Source: Vitrella brassicaformis CCMP3155 (Eukaryota; Protista; Chromerida). Taken from it: DNA of 64,000 nt. The first letter of the stretch is position 1, and every line of letters begins with the position of its first letter. Below the pieces are notes generated by a model. It did not search any database and was not told where the DNA came from. It saw nothing but the letters and a program-made list of their open reading frames with translations. Of this stretch, positions 24,401-37,176 are shown in pieces. The stretch covers positions 80,936 to 144,935 of the forward strand of contig CDMY01000261.1 in the NCBI GenBank assembly GCA_001179505.1, read 5' to 3'. Both the position numbers and the translations under genes were made by a program.

Positions 24401-27400
24401 CCCCTCCCTCTCTCCCTCCCTCCGTCCCTCCCAGACAGTGGTACAAATACTTGAGTATGCACCCACCACCACGCACTCGGGGGCGTGGCCCATGATTCAC
24501 TCACCATGCACACAATGAGGGAGGAAGACTCCACGTCTTGTCAGTCAGGGGAACGGGGTGGCCGCTAGAGAACCGACAACATCGTGTGTGAGAGCCACAG
24601 AGTCTCACAACCACGGAGTCAGTCAGACAAGTAAGTAGCCAGCCGGAAAATTGATGCAGCACCTCACACCACACACCACACACAAGACACAACACCACAC
24701 GCAGGGCAGCCAGGCGACCACACACATCCATCCACACCTCACACACATACAGACGGTGCCTGCCTTCAAAACTGCCAGTGCTCCCCCCCGCAGAACACAC
24801 CGCAACCACACACTGCACCACTTATTCATGCCATGCCTTCGCTTTCACGCACTCAGTCGACCATTCGCAACGTTGTCTGCTTCGCATCGTGTGCCGTGTG
24901 TGTGTAACGCCGCTCCCGCCCCTCCACAGCCGAAAAATAAGTGCGTCCAGGTAGCTAGCTGTGGAAGAGCGAGCAGGTGCCAATCAGTCAGTCAGTCAGA
25001 CGGTGGGGCACGCCGGCGGCGACAAAACTGCAGGCCGCACACAGAGTGGGCGGCCGCAGAGGGGCAAGAGACATGGCAGTGAGAGCGAGAAAAAAAAAGC
25101 GTCGACACGCAGACACCTGTTAGGCATGGTGTGCACACACGAGACAGGATGCACCCTGTGGTCCAGGACGGCTGGGACCTCATTCACCCAACTTCCGCCC
25201 TCTCTCTCTCTCTGTGGCGCGTTGTGTGGCCTGGCTTGAAAGCTCAGCCGTCCATCGAGGGGGCCACACATGTCAAGAAACACCGATCGGCCCAAATGCA
25301 CACAGCAACACACTAGCCAGTCAGCTGCCCACCAGGTGTACTTGATGGACGACGAGCGGCTCATCTCATCTCTCTTCGTCACCTGAGCGGACTGCCAGGG
25401 CGTCAGACCAGCACTCGTAGTGAGTGGCCTAGCGCACCGCTCATACGACGAACAGGAGACAAAGCGCAGCCACCACCACAGGATGCATGGCATGGTGAAT
25501 GTATGGGATCCCAACCAGCCCAGTGCCCCATGCATGTGGTGAATTGCGGTGCGGTGCAGTGTGGTGCGGTGTTGCAGACTCACTCGGACACACTGACTGG
25601 GCTGCAGGCAGGCAGGCAGGCAGCCAGGGATATACAAAGGCTATCTTTACACACAACATAGTACTCTTACTTACTTAGATACTTACGTACTTACCACTCA
25701 CTCACTCAGTAGTCAGTCACACTCAGTGCCCTCCGTGACTCCCTCTCTCGTGTCGGTTAAATCTATCTTTCTCTTGTCCCTCCCTCCCTCCCTCCCTCTC
25801 TCTGCGGGCTCTCAGGTCTTCTCAAGTGCGCGGCCTGCCTACCGGTTTACACCAACACGTACGCACATCGGTGAGCGGGTCAGTCAGTGACTGGGTGAGG
25901 TGAGGTGACATGGCGGCGGCTCGGGTCGGCTCGCCGCTGTTTGAAAAAAGCGCTACACGCATCCATTCGTTCCTTTCCTCAGTCCATAACGCTGTCTGTC
26001 TTGCTGTCTGTCTCTCTCTCTGCGTTGCCGCCACAAATAAGAGTGAGTGAGTCATACATAAGCCAGTTAGTTCGTCATCAAGGTTAAAAAGAAAGAGGCG
26101 CGTGAGGCGATGAATGGGAGTGTGCGCACCAGTGAGTAAGTCAGTCAGTCTCTGATCGGTTGGTGCACTGTGCAATCAGTCAGTTTGTCGTGAATCGGTC
26201 GGTCGGTCGGTCTGCCAGCCAAAATTGCCCCAGACGCACGCACGAACACACTCACACGAACGAACGCACACACAACACAGCCGTCTCTCTGCTGAGCACA
26301 CCACGCACTCATCATCCACACACGCGCGCACTCCCCACCATCTCAGCTCGTTCGTCAAGTCAGCACCAAAACTGCTTGTACGTGTGTGCCTGCCTGGGTG
26401 TGTGTGTATCTGGCTGTGTCAACGTGCAGCCGCGCTTGCCTCGACAAGAAAATTGGACGACAGAGAGCACAGCCGGCCGGACCAAGCCAAGCCAGGCCAG
26501 GCGGGAGAAAAGGGGCGGTCATGAGACGAACGGACAAAGCAGTCAGACAGTCAGTCAGTCAGTCCAACCTTCCAGCGAGGCAGCCCCTTCCAGCCAGGCA
26601 GTCATCAAGCAAGGAGGGCACACAGGGCCACCCACCCGGCACCGGGGCTTCTGCCGGCGCTTCATGCATTTATTCACGCGTCACGTACGCTAGGCATGTA
26701 TGTATGTATGGTACACACACACACATGGATTCAACCTGTCAGCACCAAGCAGCCAGCAAGCCAGGGAGGGTAGCAGACTTAGTGGGCGGGCGACCAAGCC
26801 ACACTCACACACACGATCAGTCAGTCGGTCAGTCAGCGACGCTGTGCTCTCTCTCTTTCTCTCTTTCTCTCTCTCTCTCTCTCTTTCTCTCTCTACTAGC
26901 GTAACAGAGACCGTACAGAGGCCTCCCAGCAAGAAATAACTTGTCGGGCCATGTCAGCTGATCCATGTATGGTATAGAATCGAGTAGGTAGACAGGACAT
27001 GACGTGACGAATGTATGTATGCCGCCGCCGAGTGAGTCCTCAGTGAGCAGGCACAGCATAGCATAGCATAGCAGCCAGCCAGACAGCCAGTAGTGAGCAC
27101 CACCCAGGGATGTCAACAAAAGGGCCGGGTGGAATCGGCCAACGCTCTGTTGTTCATCGATCGCGGTGGAGTCGGCACCGAAAACATCCCGTTGGTCGGC
27201 CCAGCCGCATCCATCCATGTGTGTGCAAGCAAGTACGTACGTGTCCGGCAGACCAAAGGCAAAAAGACACACACACATACACAGACAGACAGACATGAGA
27301 GCGGTCAGGCAGACAGAGATAAAGCCTAAAACGATGGACCCCCGGACGGTCCACGCACCTGTGTATGACAGGCGGCGCAGTCATGCATATGTATGCATAT

Positions 27401-29767
27401 GCATGGCATGGATGGCATCCATGTAATGTGCGCATGTACCCACGTACGTATTCCCAGCCGCATCAAGGGACACCCACACACATACAGACACACATACACA
27501 CACACCGAGACAGGCAGGCAGGCCATGCAGTGGCATGAAATGGCGTGGCGTGTTCGGGAGGGTGGGGAGGGAAGGGAAAACTAGGCAAGCCAAGCAGACT
27601 AGAGGACGGGACACCGAGCCACCCACCCCGCCAGCCGCGCACACAAACATACAACAGCATACAACCGACAACCGACAACAATCAAGTAATAACGACCAAA
27701 AAGTCCGAAGGAAGACTCACCTCACTCGACTGCACCGGATAGGCAGACAGGCAGGCAGGCCTCTTGCCGTGCATGTGCATCAGTCACGCGCCATGTGCCC
27801 CCACGCCCTCCCTGCCCCTCCCCTCCCCTGCCGTTCCTCCTCCCAGGCAACACCGTATTCGAGAGAGTGAGTACTCATCATTCTTCTGTCATTGATATCA
27901 TGGGTGGGTAGATGGCCGGATGGACCGATTAATTAGCACGGTAGGTATGCAACGCATCATTCACAGCAGAGGGAGGGAGGGAGGGAGAGGCGGCCATCGA
28001 AGGAGTGAGCTTGGCTCAAAGGGGAAGAATCGACAGGGCGGGGAGAGGAGAGATGGGGGAAAAGAGCGCGGGCACGACAGCACAGCACAGCACAGAGGGC
28101 TCTCTTTGTTTGTCTCAGTGGAACGAACGAATCGAATTAGCACCACCTGCCTCTGCCTGCCTGGCAGACTGACTGACTGGCTCAACCGCGCGTAGAAGAA
28201 TACGTACGTTGGTACGTATGGCAGTATGGGAGGGAGGGAGTCACTCACTTCGGACAAACAGATGCACAAGCAAGAAAGCAACAACAAGCGACAACAGGCA
28301 ACAGACACCCATTCATCAACACGACAGCAAGAGATGCCAACACGGATACACTCATTACAGACATATCGACACACACGGCATGAGACGAGACGAGACAGAC
28401 ACACTTGACAAAATGCGACGGCGAGGAAGGAAAAGTGAGTACGCGACAACCAGGAAAGGCAGTGAGTTAAGTGGTGAATGGGTGGATGACGACTCGGGAA
28501 AACAGGCAGGCTTGCATCGTGCCGTCATCAAGCGAGCGAAAGAGGTGTGCCATGATGGATGGCTCATGGGTGGCAAAACTGCAGCAGCCGGGCGCATACC
28601 TATCTAAGCACGCACTCATCGATCATCCTCTTCATGCCTCCTGCATGCCATCCTCTGTCACATCCACGGCAAAACACTGAGTAAAGGAAAAATGGTAAAG
28701 GAGCGGGCCGCGTGGTGCTCACTCTCGCTCTCCCTCTCGTCTCTGGTGCTCGTGTGCATGTCTGATTCGTATACGCAAGTCCGCCCAATCCATCCATCCA
28801 CACTGTGTGCTCACGTCAGCCGGCACCCTCCCCTGTCTGCGCGCCGGCCCATCCCAATCTGTGGGAGGCGGCACACAGCCAAGGAGGGAGGCGCACACGC
28901 CTATAGGCAGGCAGTCAGGCAGTCAGGCATCTAGGTAGGCAACGGACAAAAATAATAACGGTGCGCCCCATGTCATGCCGTGCCATGCAATGAAATGTAG
29001 TGTAATGCAATGAAATGCAAAGCAATGGTGTCGGACATTAGTTGAACCCTCGACAACAATCAAAGACAGCCAGTCTGGGTGAGTGAGTGAGTGAGAGAGT
29101 GATATGGCGCGTCGGCCTGCCATCGACATGGTGTCTGTGCTGTGGTGGTGCGTCGGGTTCGCCCACTCCAGTAGCGGAGGAGCAGCGCACCACCGCAGCA
29201 CAGCAAGGCAGTACTTACGGCTGGTCGGTCAGTCACTGTGCTTCGCCCACCCACCCCCTGTATGTGTGTAAGTATCCAATCCATCCATCCATCCATCCAC
29301 CCAGTCAGCCAATCAGGCAGGCAGGCAGGCAGGAAGGGAAGGATGCATCAACAAATGAAGAAAAGACGTCGGCGTCTGTGTGTCTCTGTGAGTGTCTGTG
29401 TGAGTGTGTGTGTGGATGTGTGTGGATGCGTGTGGGTGCAGGCAGGTACAGGACAGATCGGAGGGCACAGCGAAGAGTCAGTGAGCATTAGCAGGCACTC
29501 ACGCACACACACACACACACTTACAAGCAGCCTGAGAGGAAGACAGTAAGCAGAAACAAGTTTCGTTCGTTCGTCCGAGTCAGTCAGTCAGTCAGTCCGT
29601 CAGTCGAGCCAAATATGACGCCAAAAAGCTCATTCGAGAGGGACACCCAGGCGACAGACAGAGAGATCGAGACAGAGGGCGGATATACAAGTGGACAGGT
29701 GGTGCAGAGAGGGACAGAGCTTATGAAGGTCTCCACAGCGATACGATAGAGCGATATAAACACACAC

Positions 29768-29802
<35 letters not shown>

Positions 29803-30900
29803 CAGGCAGAGAGTTCTCTTTCCTTCCCGTTCGTTCCTTGCTGATTCATCCATCCGTCCATCCGTCAATCGGGTCGACACTAGGCAGCCAGACACACACA
29901 CGAGAGGCCACAGACAGAGGCGAGCCAGCCAGCCAGCCTGCCTGCCATCTTTGCTTTCTCTCTTTCTTCCTCCCGGTAGCTATGTTACAGCTCACCACAC
30001 GTACGTCACTCACTCAACGATCGACCAACCCACTACGCACACGCTCACGGCCACGCGCACGACGACACGACATGACACATCCAGGCTCAGCGCAACGGCA
30101 GACACATCGGCGGCACTGACCAAGGACGGTCGCACGTATGCAGGTGTATGTGTATGTATGTATGCATGTCTGTGTCCCTGTTTCCTCTTTCCTGTGTCTC
30201 TAGTGAGACGGCCAGCAGCATTGAAACGGCCATACCATGACCATCACCGTCACCAGCAGGCAGACAGGCAGAATAGCTGAGGTGAGATGAGGGGAGATGA
30301 GATGAGATGAGATGGCTGCCCGACGGAAGATAACCGCGACCACACATCCCTCTCTCCGCAAACAAGACGTATTCATTCAGTCATGCAGGCAGCCACCCCT
30401 CCCCCATTCAGTCAGTCAGGCAGTCAGTCCCAGTGAGTGAACGAGTCGAATCGACTCTCCTGCATCGGTCGAATCCGATCTGCATCCGTCCGTCCGTCCC
30501 TCTTCTACGGGCGGCAGGCATCGTGTAGATGGCTGGATGAATGGATGGATAGATGGATAGATGGATGGGCATGCTCTCATCATCCAACAGGCCACAAAGA
30601 GCATTATAACAGCCAGCCAGGCAGCCAGGCAGACAGACGGACAGACATCAGCCAGTGGAGCGGAGGAGTGGAGGGAAAACAGGACATAGGCAGGCAGGCA
30701 GTCAGTCAGGCAGTCAGGGAAACGGCATGGAAAATTCCCGGATAACATCACTACAATCAATCATTCAACCAGACAGACACTCAGACGAGACGACACAGGT
30801 GCAGACCCTCCTCCCCTCCCTCCCTCCCTCCCTCCGCCCTCTCACACACACCACTCAGTCAGTCCTAACGCACCACAAAGTGAATGCAATGCTACCATCC
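21500..30900. other. ~9.4-kb microsatellite-rich region with no credible coding exon
   Basis: ORFs here are translations of (CA)n, (CAGT)n, (CAGA)n, (CATC)n and (CT)n tracts. I could not build a spliced in-frame chain. Confidence 0.6.
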
Positions 30901-30943
30901 CATCTGGCCCGGCCCCCTCCATCCGTCCACCGATCCATCTGCC

Positions 30944-33900
30944 TCATGCGCCCCCTCGGCCCACGGGCAGTTGGCTCCTGCGAGACGACGACACCTCCCC
31001 AAACGAAGAAAACCAGCTCCGGAGGGACATCCGCAGCCGGGGCGCGCTATTAGCCCCGGCCGCCTGCCCATCCTCGCCACACGCGCCACTCTCCCGCTCA
31101 GTGTCGCGGCGCTCTATCGGCTCGTCACACTCGGGGATGCTCGGCAGCACCGTCAGTGCCTGTGAGCGGCACCGCGCCCCTCGTGTACCGCCCTTGGCCC
31201 GCCTCCCGCCACCATAGCTGCGCGGCAGCACCGACGGCCGCGTGTTGGTGTAGTGGTAGGTGGAGTAGAGGACAGCGGCATGGCGAGCTTCAGCCGCCGA
31301 CTGGAGGTCCGGCAGCGAGGAGCGACGGTGGGTGTGGGGCTGCATGAGAGGGTGGAAAGTGGTGCTGGTGGTCCGGGCGCCGGGAGGGGGGAACGACTGG
31401 TTGACAGACGGCAGCGACCGCGACCGCTGCACGGGCATGGTGGGCGCGTGCTGCTGCTGCTGCGGTTGTGTGTCAGTGTGGTGGTCGTCGAATGCCTCAT
31501 CCTCCTCTGGCGTCCACCAGGGGTCGATGTCGTCATCATTGCCGGAGCTCAGGGGGTCGCTCGATGGCGTGTGGGGCGACTCGTCGCCCTCATTGTCACA
31601 GAGGCCGTCATCGTCGGGAAGGCATGACAGGCCGCTGCCGTAGAGATGAGGACTGTCGCTCATCGACCGCCAAAGGACCCGGGCCCCCTCTGCCGCCTCG
31701 CCGTCATCCTCTGGTCCGTCGGGCGACACGCCGAGGGGCTCCAGCGGGACAGCTGGGGTGGTGCCGTCACTCCTCACGTTGTCTGTCTGAGGAGCGGCCT
31801 CCCGCTCCCCTTTCTCCCTCTCCTGCCTCTCCGGTAGACTGTTGCCGTCGGCGGTGTTCTGCTGTGGCCTCATCCACGCCTCCAGGAACTGGGCCATGCC
31901 CCTCACCTCACCCTCCTGGCCGCCCTGCTCCTGCCCCAGCCGGCGCTGCGAGAGCTTGAGGCTGAGCAGACTGGTGGGCGGCTTCTCCGGCAACGAATGA
32001 CACATAGGAAAGGTTGCGCTGGTCGACGCCTCGTCCAGCCCGAGGGCGAGGGGAGGGAGGGCGAAGGAGCCGCACGCCGCCAGGCCCTGTGGGGGCATCT
32101 CCGCCTTGGCCACAGGGTAGGACGCCGGCTGTGCGAGGCAGCCGCGCGAGAGTGCGGCGAAGATGGTGCGGGGTGGGAATGGCGGCGAGTCGTCGCTGGA
32201 CGTGGAGCACGACTCGGCGCACGACAGTGGCGACGGGGTGGCGACCATCCGGCACATGGATGGGGGCGAGGCCGGGATGGGCTCCGTTAAAACCTTGAGT
32301 GTCTTGCGCAGCTGCTTCTGCCCATCCGCCACGGCACGGCGACCCTCGGGCGACAGCAACCCACTCCGCAGAGTGTCCTGAAATGCACATACATACACAT
32401 TGCACACGTGATCGATGCACCGCACCCAACCAAGTGTGTGGTCTGACTCGCCGGTCACTCACTCACTCACCTCGAGGGCCTCGATGTTCTGCCTGAGTTG
32501 TGTTTGCGAGTGGCATGCAATCGGGATGTTGAGGAAAAAAGGAATCGCACCTTCCACGAGGTAGCGTTCCTGCAGCGCCCTGTCCTTCTCCTCCACCATA
32601 CTCACCCCCACTCCCATCCCCACACCACTGATGCCCTGAGCGATATCCAAAACTTCAGCAGTGACCGACGCCACCAGCACCTCCAGCGCGGCACCCACAG
32701 GCCCCTCACACAGCCGGCCGCCCGGCGGCGACAATGGCTCCTCGTCACTGCCATTGGTAATGCTAGACAGGGCGGCTCGCGAGAGCGGAGAAACGGCGGG
32801 GCATGTGGGGGCTGGTGGGGAAAACGAAGCGGACGGGAAGGATGTGGCGAGTGAGGATGGGGTGGAGGCAGACGTGGAGAAGGACGACGGGGAAGGGCAA
32901 GCCGTCAGCGATGGCGACGCCTTGGGGTTGAGCGACGGCCCCACCGAGTCGGGGGACGACGCGTGCACCGTCCGCTGGGACAGGGGCGAGTCCGGCCACA
33001 ACATCTGACACACATATGACACACACGTCAACAGCACGTAATGGGGATCAGTTGTGTGTGAGTGTGTGTGTCCCTGGCCCACTCATTCCCTGCCTCTCGG
33101 CTCACCAGTTTGGAGCATGTGGAATCGACGGGCGACTCCATGGCACATGCGCATGACGGCCCACAGAGGCACTGGCCGACACACCGGCCGCAGCACCCGC
33201 TCTGTGGCCGCAGATACACCTTGAGCAAAAGAACCAGGCACGCCAGCTTCAGCTTTCGCGGAATCTGATTGAACCATCAAGCAAAGCAATCCATCAACAC
33301 GAGCCGTATGAATGAATGCATGGCTCATACGTCAGATGCCGCTCCGTCCCATTGCCACTAACTGACCTGTTTACGCCTCTCTTGCTCGAGGTGCGCATGT
33401 ACGGTCACGAGTTTGGCCAGCCCTGGGCCCGTGAGGAGCCTCTGCACGTCCTCTAGGCAGCCCTTGGCTCCCACACACAGACTCGACAACAGCGACATGA
33501 TCGTCGCATGATACGAATACGCCTGGACAGGACAGGACAGGACAGGACAGGCAAGGCACACAACACAGACAGGACAGGACAGGCAGAGGAGAGAGGCAAC
33601 GCAACACGTCCGTCGAGGCCATGCCGGCAGTGAGACACACATGCATTTGCACATGTCCGCTCATGTGAGCGCGTGAGACATGTGTCTGTGCACCCACCAG
33701 GTCGAGATGTCTTGCGTCCAGCTGGCTCCACCAGTCAGCGTCCCCCAGCGACTCGAGCAGCTCCCCCCTGGCAGGCATGAGCGCCTCCAAGACGGCCTTG
33801 TTAAAATGCCGACATCCCCTGGCGCGATGCCCAGCAGCAGGGGAGCCACTCGTCATGGACCGGAGGTGCCGCAACAGCTTCGTGCGCCCTTTGAGGGACG

Positions 33901-33985
33901 ACCGCACCAGCTCCCCCACCACCTCATCCGCCTGATCCGCCCGGGCCTCATCAGGGACCCTCTCAGCGCTCAGTGAGCTCCTCAT
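30944..33985 (-). CDS. Hypothetical protein: helical N-terminus, Cys cluster, long Ser/Pro-rich disordered tail
   Basis: In-frame splicing MRSSLSAERV..RHLDL|AYSYHAT..ERRKQ|IPRKLKLACLVLLLKVYLRPQSGCCGRCVGQCLCGPSCACAMESPVDSTCSKL|MLWPDSP..EALE|DTLRSGLL..GRGGA* joins four separate ORF-track entries. The start codon is uncertain. Confidence 0.6.
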
Positions 33986-34209
33986 GGCGGGGGTGGCGAT
34001 GTGCTCCGAGTGCGGGAAGCGCCACTCGCCGTGAGGCTGCCGCCTTCCCCTCGACGGGTGCGGCAGAGTCCGGAAGATGTGGATCTAAGCAACGCCCTCC
34101 CTGTGGCATAGACGTCGTCGGAGGAGTCGGGAGCGGGCCTGTCGCTGTCGAAAATCCGTGCGAGCTCAAGAGGCTCGTGCGAGCTTGCAGAAGAGAAGAA
34201 AGGAACGAG

Positions 34210-34979
34210 ATGGCTGGACCTACAACAACCACTGCCGCGCTGTGCTGCGCGATTGTCGTTGCCTCTGCGGGCCACGCCATGGACAGCTCCTCATTCGTGA
34301 GCCCCTTTGCGAGAGTCACGGCGCTGAAGACGTCATCCAGGCAAGCAACCAATGGAGGAGGCCCTCACTCACCTCTTCTGCCATTCATCGGTTGAGATCT
34401 TATATATGCGCATTGTTAACAGGCCCATTATTCGGCATCGGGGCACCTCGCTTGAGATGCAGTTTGGCTTTGGCAGCAAGGAGAACGAGGAGCAGAAGCA
34501 GAAGCGATTTGAGATGCAGCAGGTGATCACACACATACCAAGCCAACCCACCACACGGTGCTGCAATCAACCGCTGGTGACTCCCTTGCTCACAGGAGAT
34601 CCTTCGTAAGCGTCGCGAAGGCGATCCCCTGAAGAGCAAGTACAAGCCCAAGGAAGCCGCCGAGGGCATGCCGGGCAAATCGGAAGGAGGTGAGTCGGCC
34701 CGCGTGTGGCCTGCAAGAAACGGTCGGCCCACTCATCGTTGGTCTGACCGTCTGGCTGTGTGTGTGTGTGTGTGTGTTGTTACGGCTGCAGGATCTGTCA
34801 ACTACCAGATCGGCACGTCCTTCAAGTCGCAGCCGGGTGGGGAGGACGACGGTTGGGTGCTCGTCAAGGGCAAGTGGCGCTACTACCCACAAAACGTCAA
34901 GGAAGGCGGGGGGGAGAGCGGGGCTGCCCAAGGCAAGAAAGAGGAGAAGAAGAAGACGGGGCCTTTCGGCCTCTGGTGA
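34210..34979 (+). CDS. Small Lys/Glu/Gly-rich protein with bipartite (signal + transit) plastid-type presequence
   Basis: MAGPTTTTAALCCAIVVASAGHA signal, then Ser/Thr/Arg-rich SSSFVSPFARVTALKTSSR..RHRGTSLEM, then mature QFGFGSKENEEQKQKRFEMQQEILRKRR..GWVLVKGKWRYYP..KKKTGPFGLW*. The first intron is best modelled as GC-AG (34341-34422). Confidence 0.6.
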
Positions 34980-35835
34980 GGGAGGGATGATTTGCGCCGC
35001 AGAGTCAGTAAGTCAGTGAGTCAGTCAGTCAGTCAGTCTTGAGAGAGATCAGCGAAGGTGAGTCAGGTCAGGCCATCATCTGCCCACATAACGCTAATTA
35101 GAGACAGAGAGTGGGGAGTGGGGAGTGCGGAGCAGGGGCCAGTCTGTTGGCCACCCGCCTCCTAGGGCGTGTGGATGGATGGATGGATGGATGGATGGAC
35201 GGATGGATGGTAGTACTGACTAGGAGGGTTTTTTCCGTTGTCATCTGTCTGCCTGCAGCCGTGCAGCCATCTGGTTTTCCGACCGCGCCACTCAATTTTC
35301 GTGCCGTGTGTTGTGTGCTGTGCCCGTGATGTCATCACCCGCCAGTGTTTATGGTTACTACACCGGTCTCCTGCACGGTGGACGGATTTTTTCGGTCGGC
35401 AGGACTGCATATGGGTGCACTGCCGACTTCCTCTGCTCGTGCGTACGTGCCGTGAGTGAAAGAATGGCTTCACACATATCAGCATCCCCACGCTGTCACG
35501 CACGCCTCTATGTAAGGAATGCAGAGACACCAACACCAACACGTGCATGAAGTTGCGGCTGGCATGGGTAGCACGCAGCACAGGGAAGCTACACACGCAG
35601 ACACGTACAGACAGACAGACAGACAGACAGACGGACAGACTCATAAAAAAAACGATAGGTAACAGAAATGCGCACGTACGACTCCTCCCTCCACGGATAT
35701 CCACATATCAACAAGGCATGTACCTATCTACACGCATCGCAGAGCACCACAGCAAGAGACCACCTCAAACAAGACAGACACCAGCACACATATGGATCAA
35801 GCACATATATTATTCACGGGCCGCCTTCCTTTTGG

Positions 35836-36840
35836 TCACTTCCTCTTGCGAATCATCTGCTCGGCGCCCCAATCGAGGCCCTCAAACAGCCCATCACCGG
35901 TGCGGGCACACGCAGCCTGCATGGCATTCATCCACACACAGCAGCCGAGCCATCAGTGACATGCGCACGTGTCTCGCCGTGTTTGCTCTGCCTCTCCGCA
36001 TGTGGTGCGTGTGCGCGGTATGTGTACCTGGATGAACCAGGGGCGTCTGGTGATGGTGTTGAGTGCCAGGCGGTCGGCCAGCTGGGCGGCAGACAGGGCG
36101 CCAGGCAAGTCCTGCTTGTTGGCGTACACCAGCAGAGCCGCGTCGGCCAACTCCTGCACAACAAGCCAGGCCAGACAAGGTGGCAACGAACAAGACGTGC
36201 CAGCTGTGGGATCAGCGGCTGGCTCACCGGCTCCCTGAGGGTGCTGTGGAGCTCCTCGGCTGACTCGTCCAGACGCTCCGCTGCATAAGGAACGACAACA
36301 AAGAGAATGATGCTTGCCTCAAAGTCGGCTGGAATGTGTGTGTGGGGGATTTCTGTGTGGGGATTGCTTCGTACCGTCAGAGCTGTCGACCACCCAGATG
36401 ATCAGATCGATGTTGGGGTAGTAATAACGCCACAGCTGAAAAATGAGCACACACACACGGACGGGCGCCAACTCGGGCTGCTAGGTGTCTCCGCCCCTTC
36501 CGCCCTCCTGTCTTCCCTTCCCGTAGGCACCTGTCGTATCTTGTGCTGTCCGCCGATATCCCACACAGTGAAGTTGAGGTTGCGATATTCCACCGTCTCG
36601 ACATTGAACCCGATCGTGGGCACAGTAGTGACCACTTCGCCGAGGCGGATTTTATACAGCAGCGTCGTCTTCCCAGCGGCATCGAGGCCTACCATGACGG
36701 CACGGCAGGGCTTCTGGCTGCTCACCAAGGACAACAGCTGAATGGACACATACACACACACACACACATACGCCGGCAGGCAGAAGATATCAAAACATAT
36801 GAGAGGTGGGGGATGGTACTTCGGAAACGAAGAGACCCAT
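35836..36840 (-). CDS. ARF: ARF/ARL-family small GTPase (divergent)
   Basis: MGLFVSE|[58 protein letters not shown]|LWRYYY..WVVDSSD|..[17 protein letters not shown]|[16 protein letters not shown]. All G-boxes and the N-terminal Gly2 are present. Confidence 0.92.
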
Positions 36841-37176
36841 GGTTGACGGCTGAGGAAGACGGAACAGGTACCTCGGGCAAGAAGCGGGGGAACAGGCACC
36901 GAGGGACAGAGTCTATCCGCAAGTATAGCACCCCAGATGCCAACAGATGATCAGCCACAGGGCGATTGAAGCGGAGAACAGGACAAACACGAAAGGTGTG
37001 GGGCAGCTGCCGATGCGTAGACAGTCTGAGCTCCATCTCCGTCAAATTGCGTGGCTCCTACACTTTCTGACGTCACGCCAGTCTTGCGAGCTCGTCTGAG
37101 TCTGCGGGCCCCCACCCACCCCCAACTGGAGGCAATTGACTTGAGGAAGCACGTGCCATACACACAATATGCGAGG

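Noticed and set aside
21709-30760. Dozens of 60-210-aa ORFs in the desert
   Set aside because: They translate microsatellites (HTHT, SQSV, QTDR, CVCV) and have no coherent splice chain or coding bias.
35836-36840. ARF GTPase as an unusual variant
   Set aside because: All G-motifs and the myristoylation Gly are intact; divergence alone is unremarkable.
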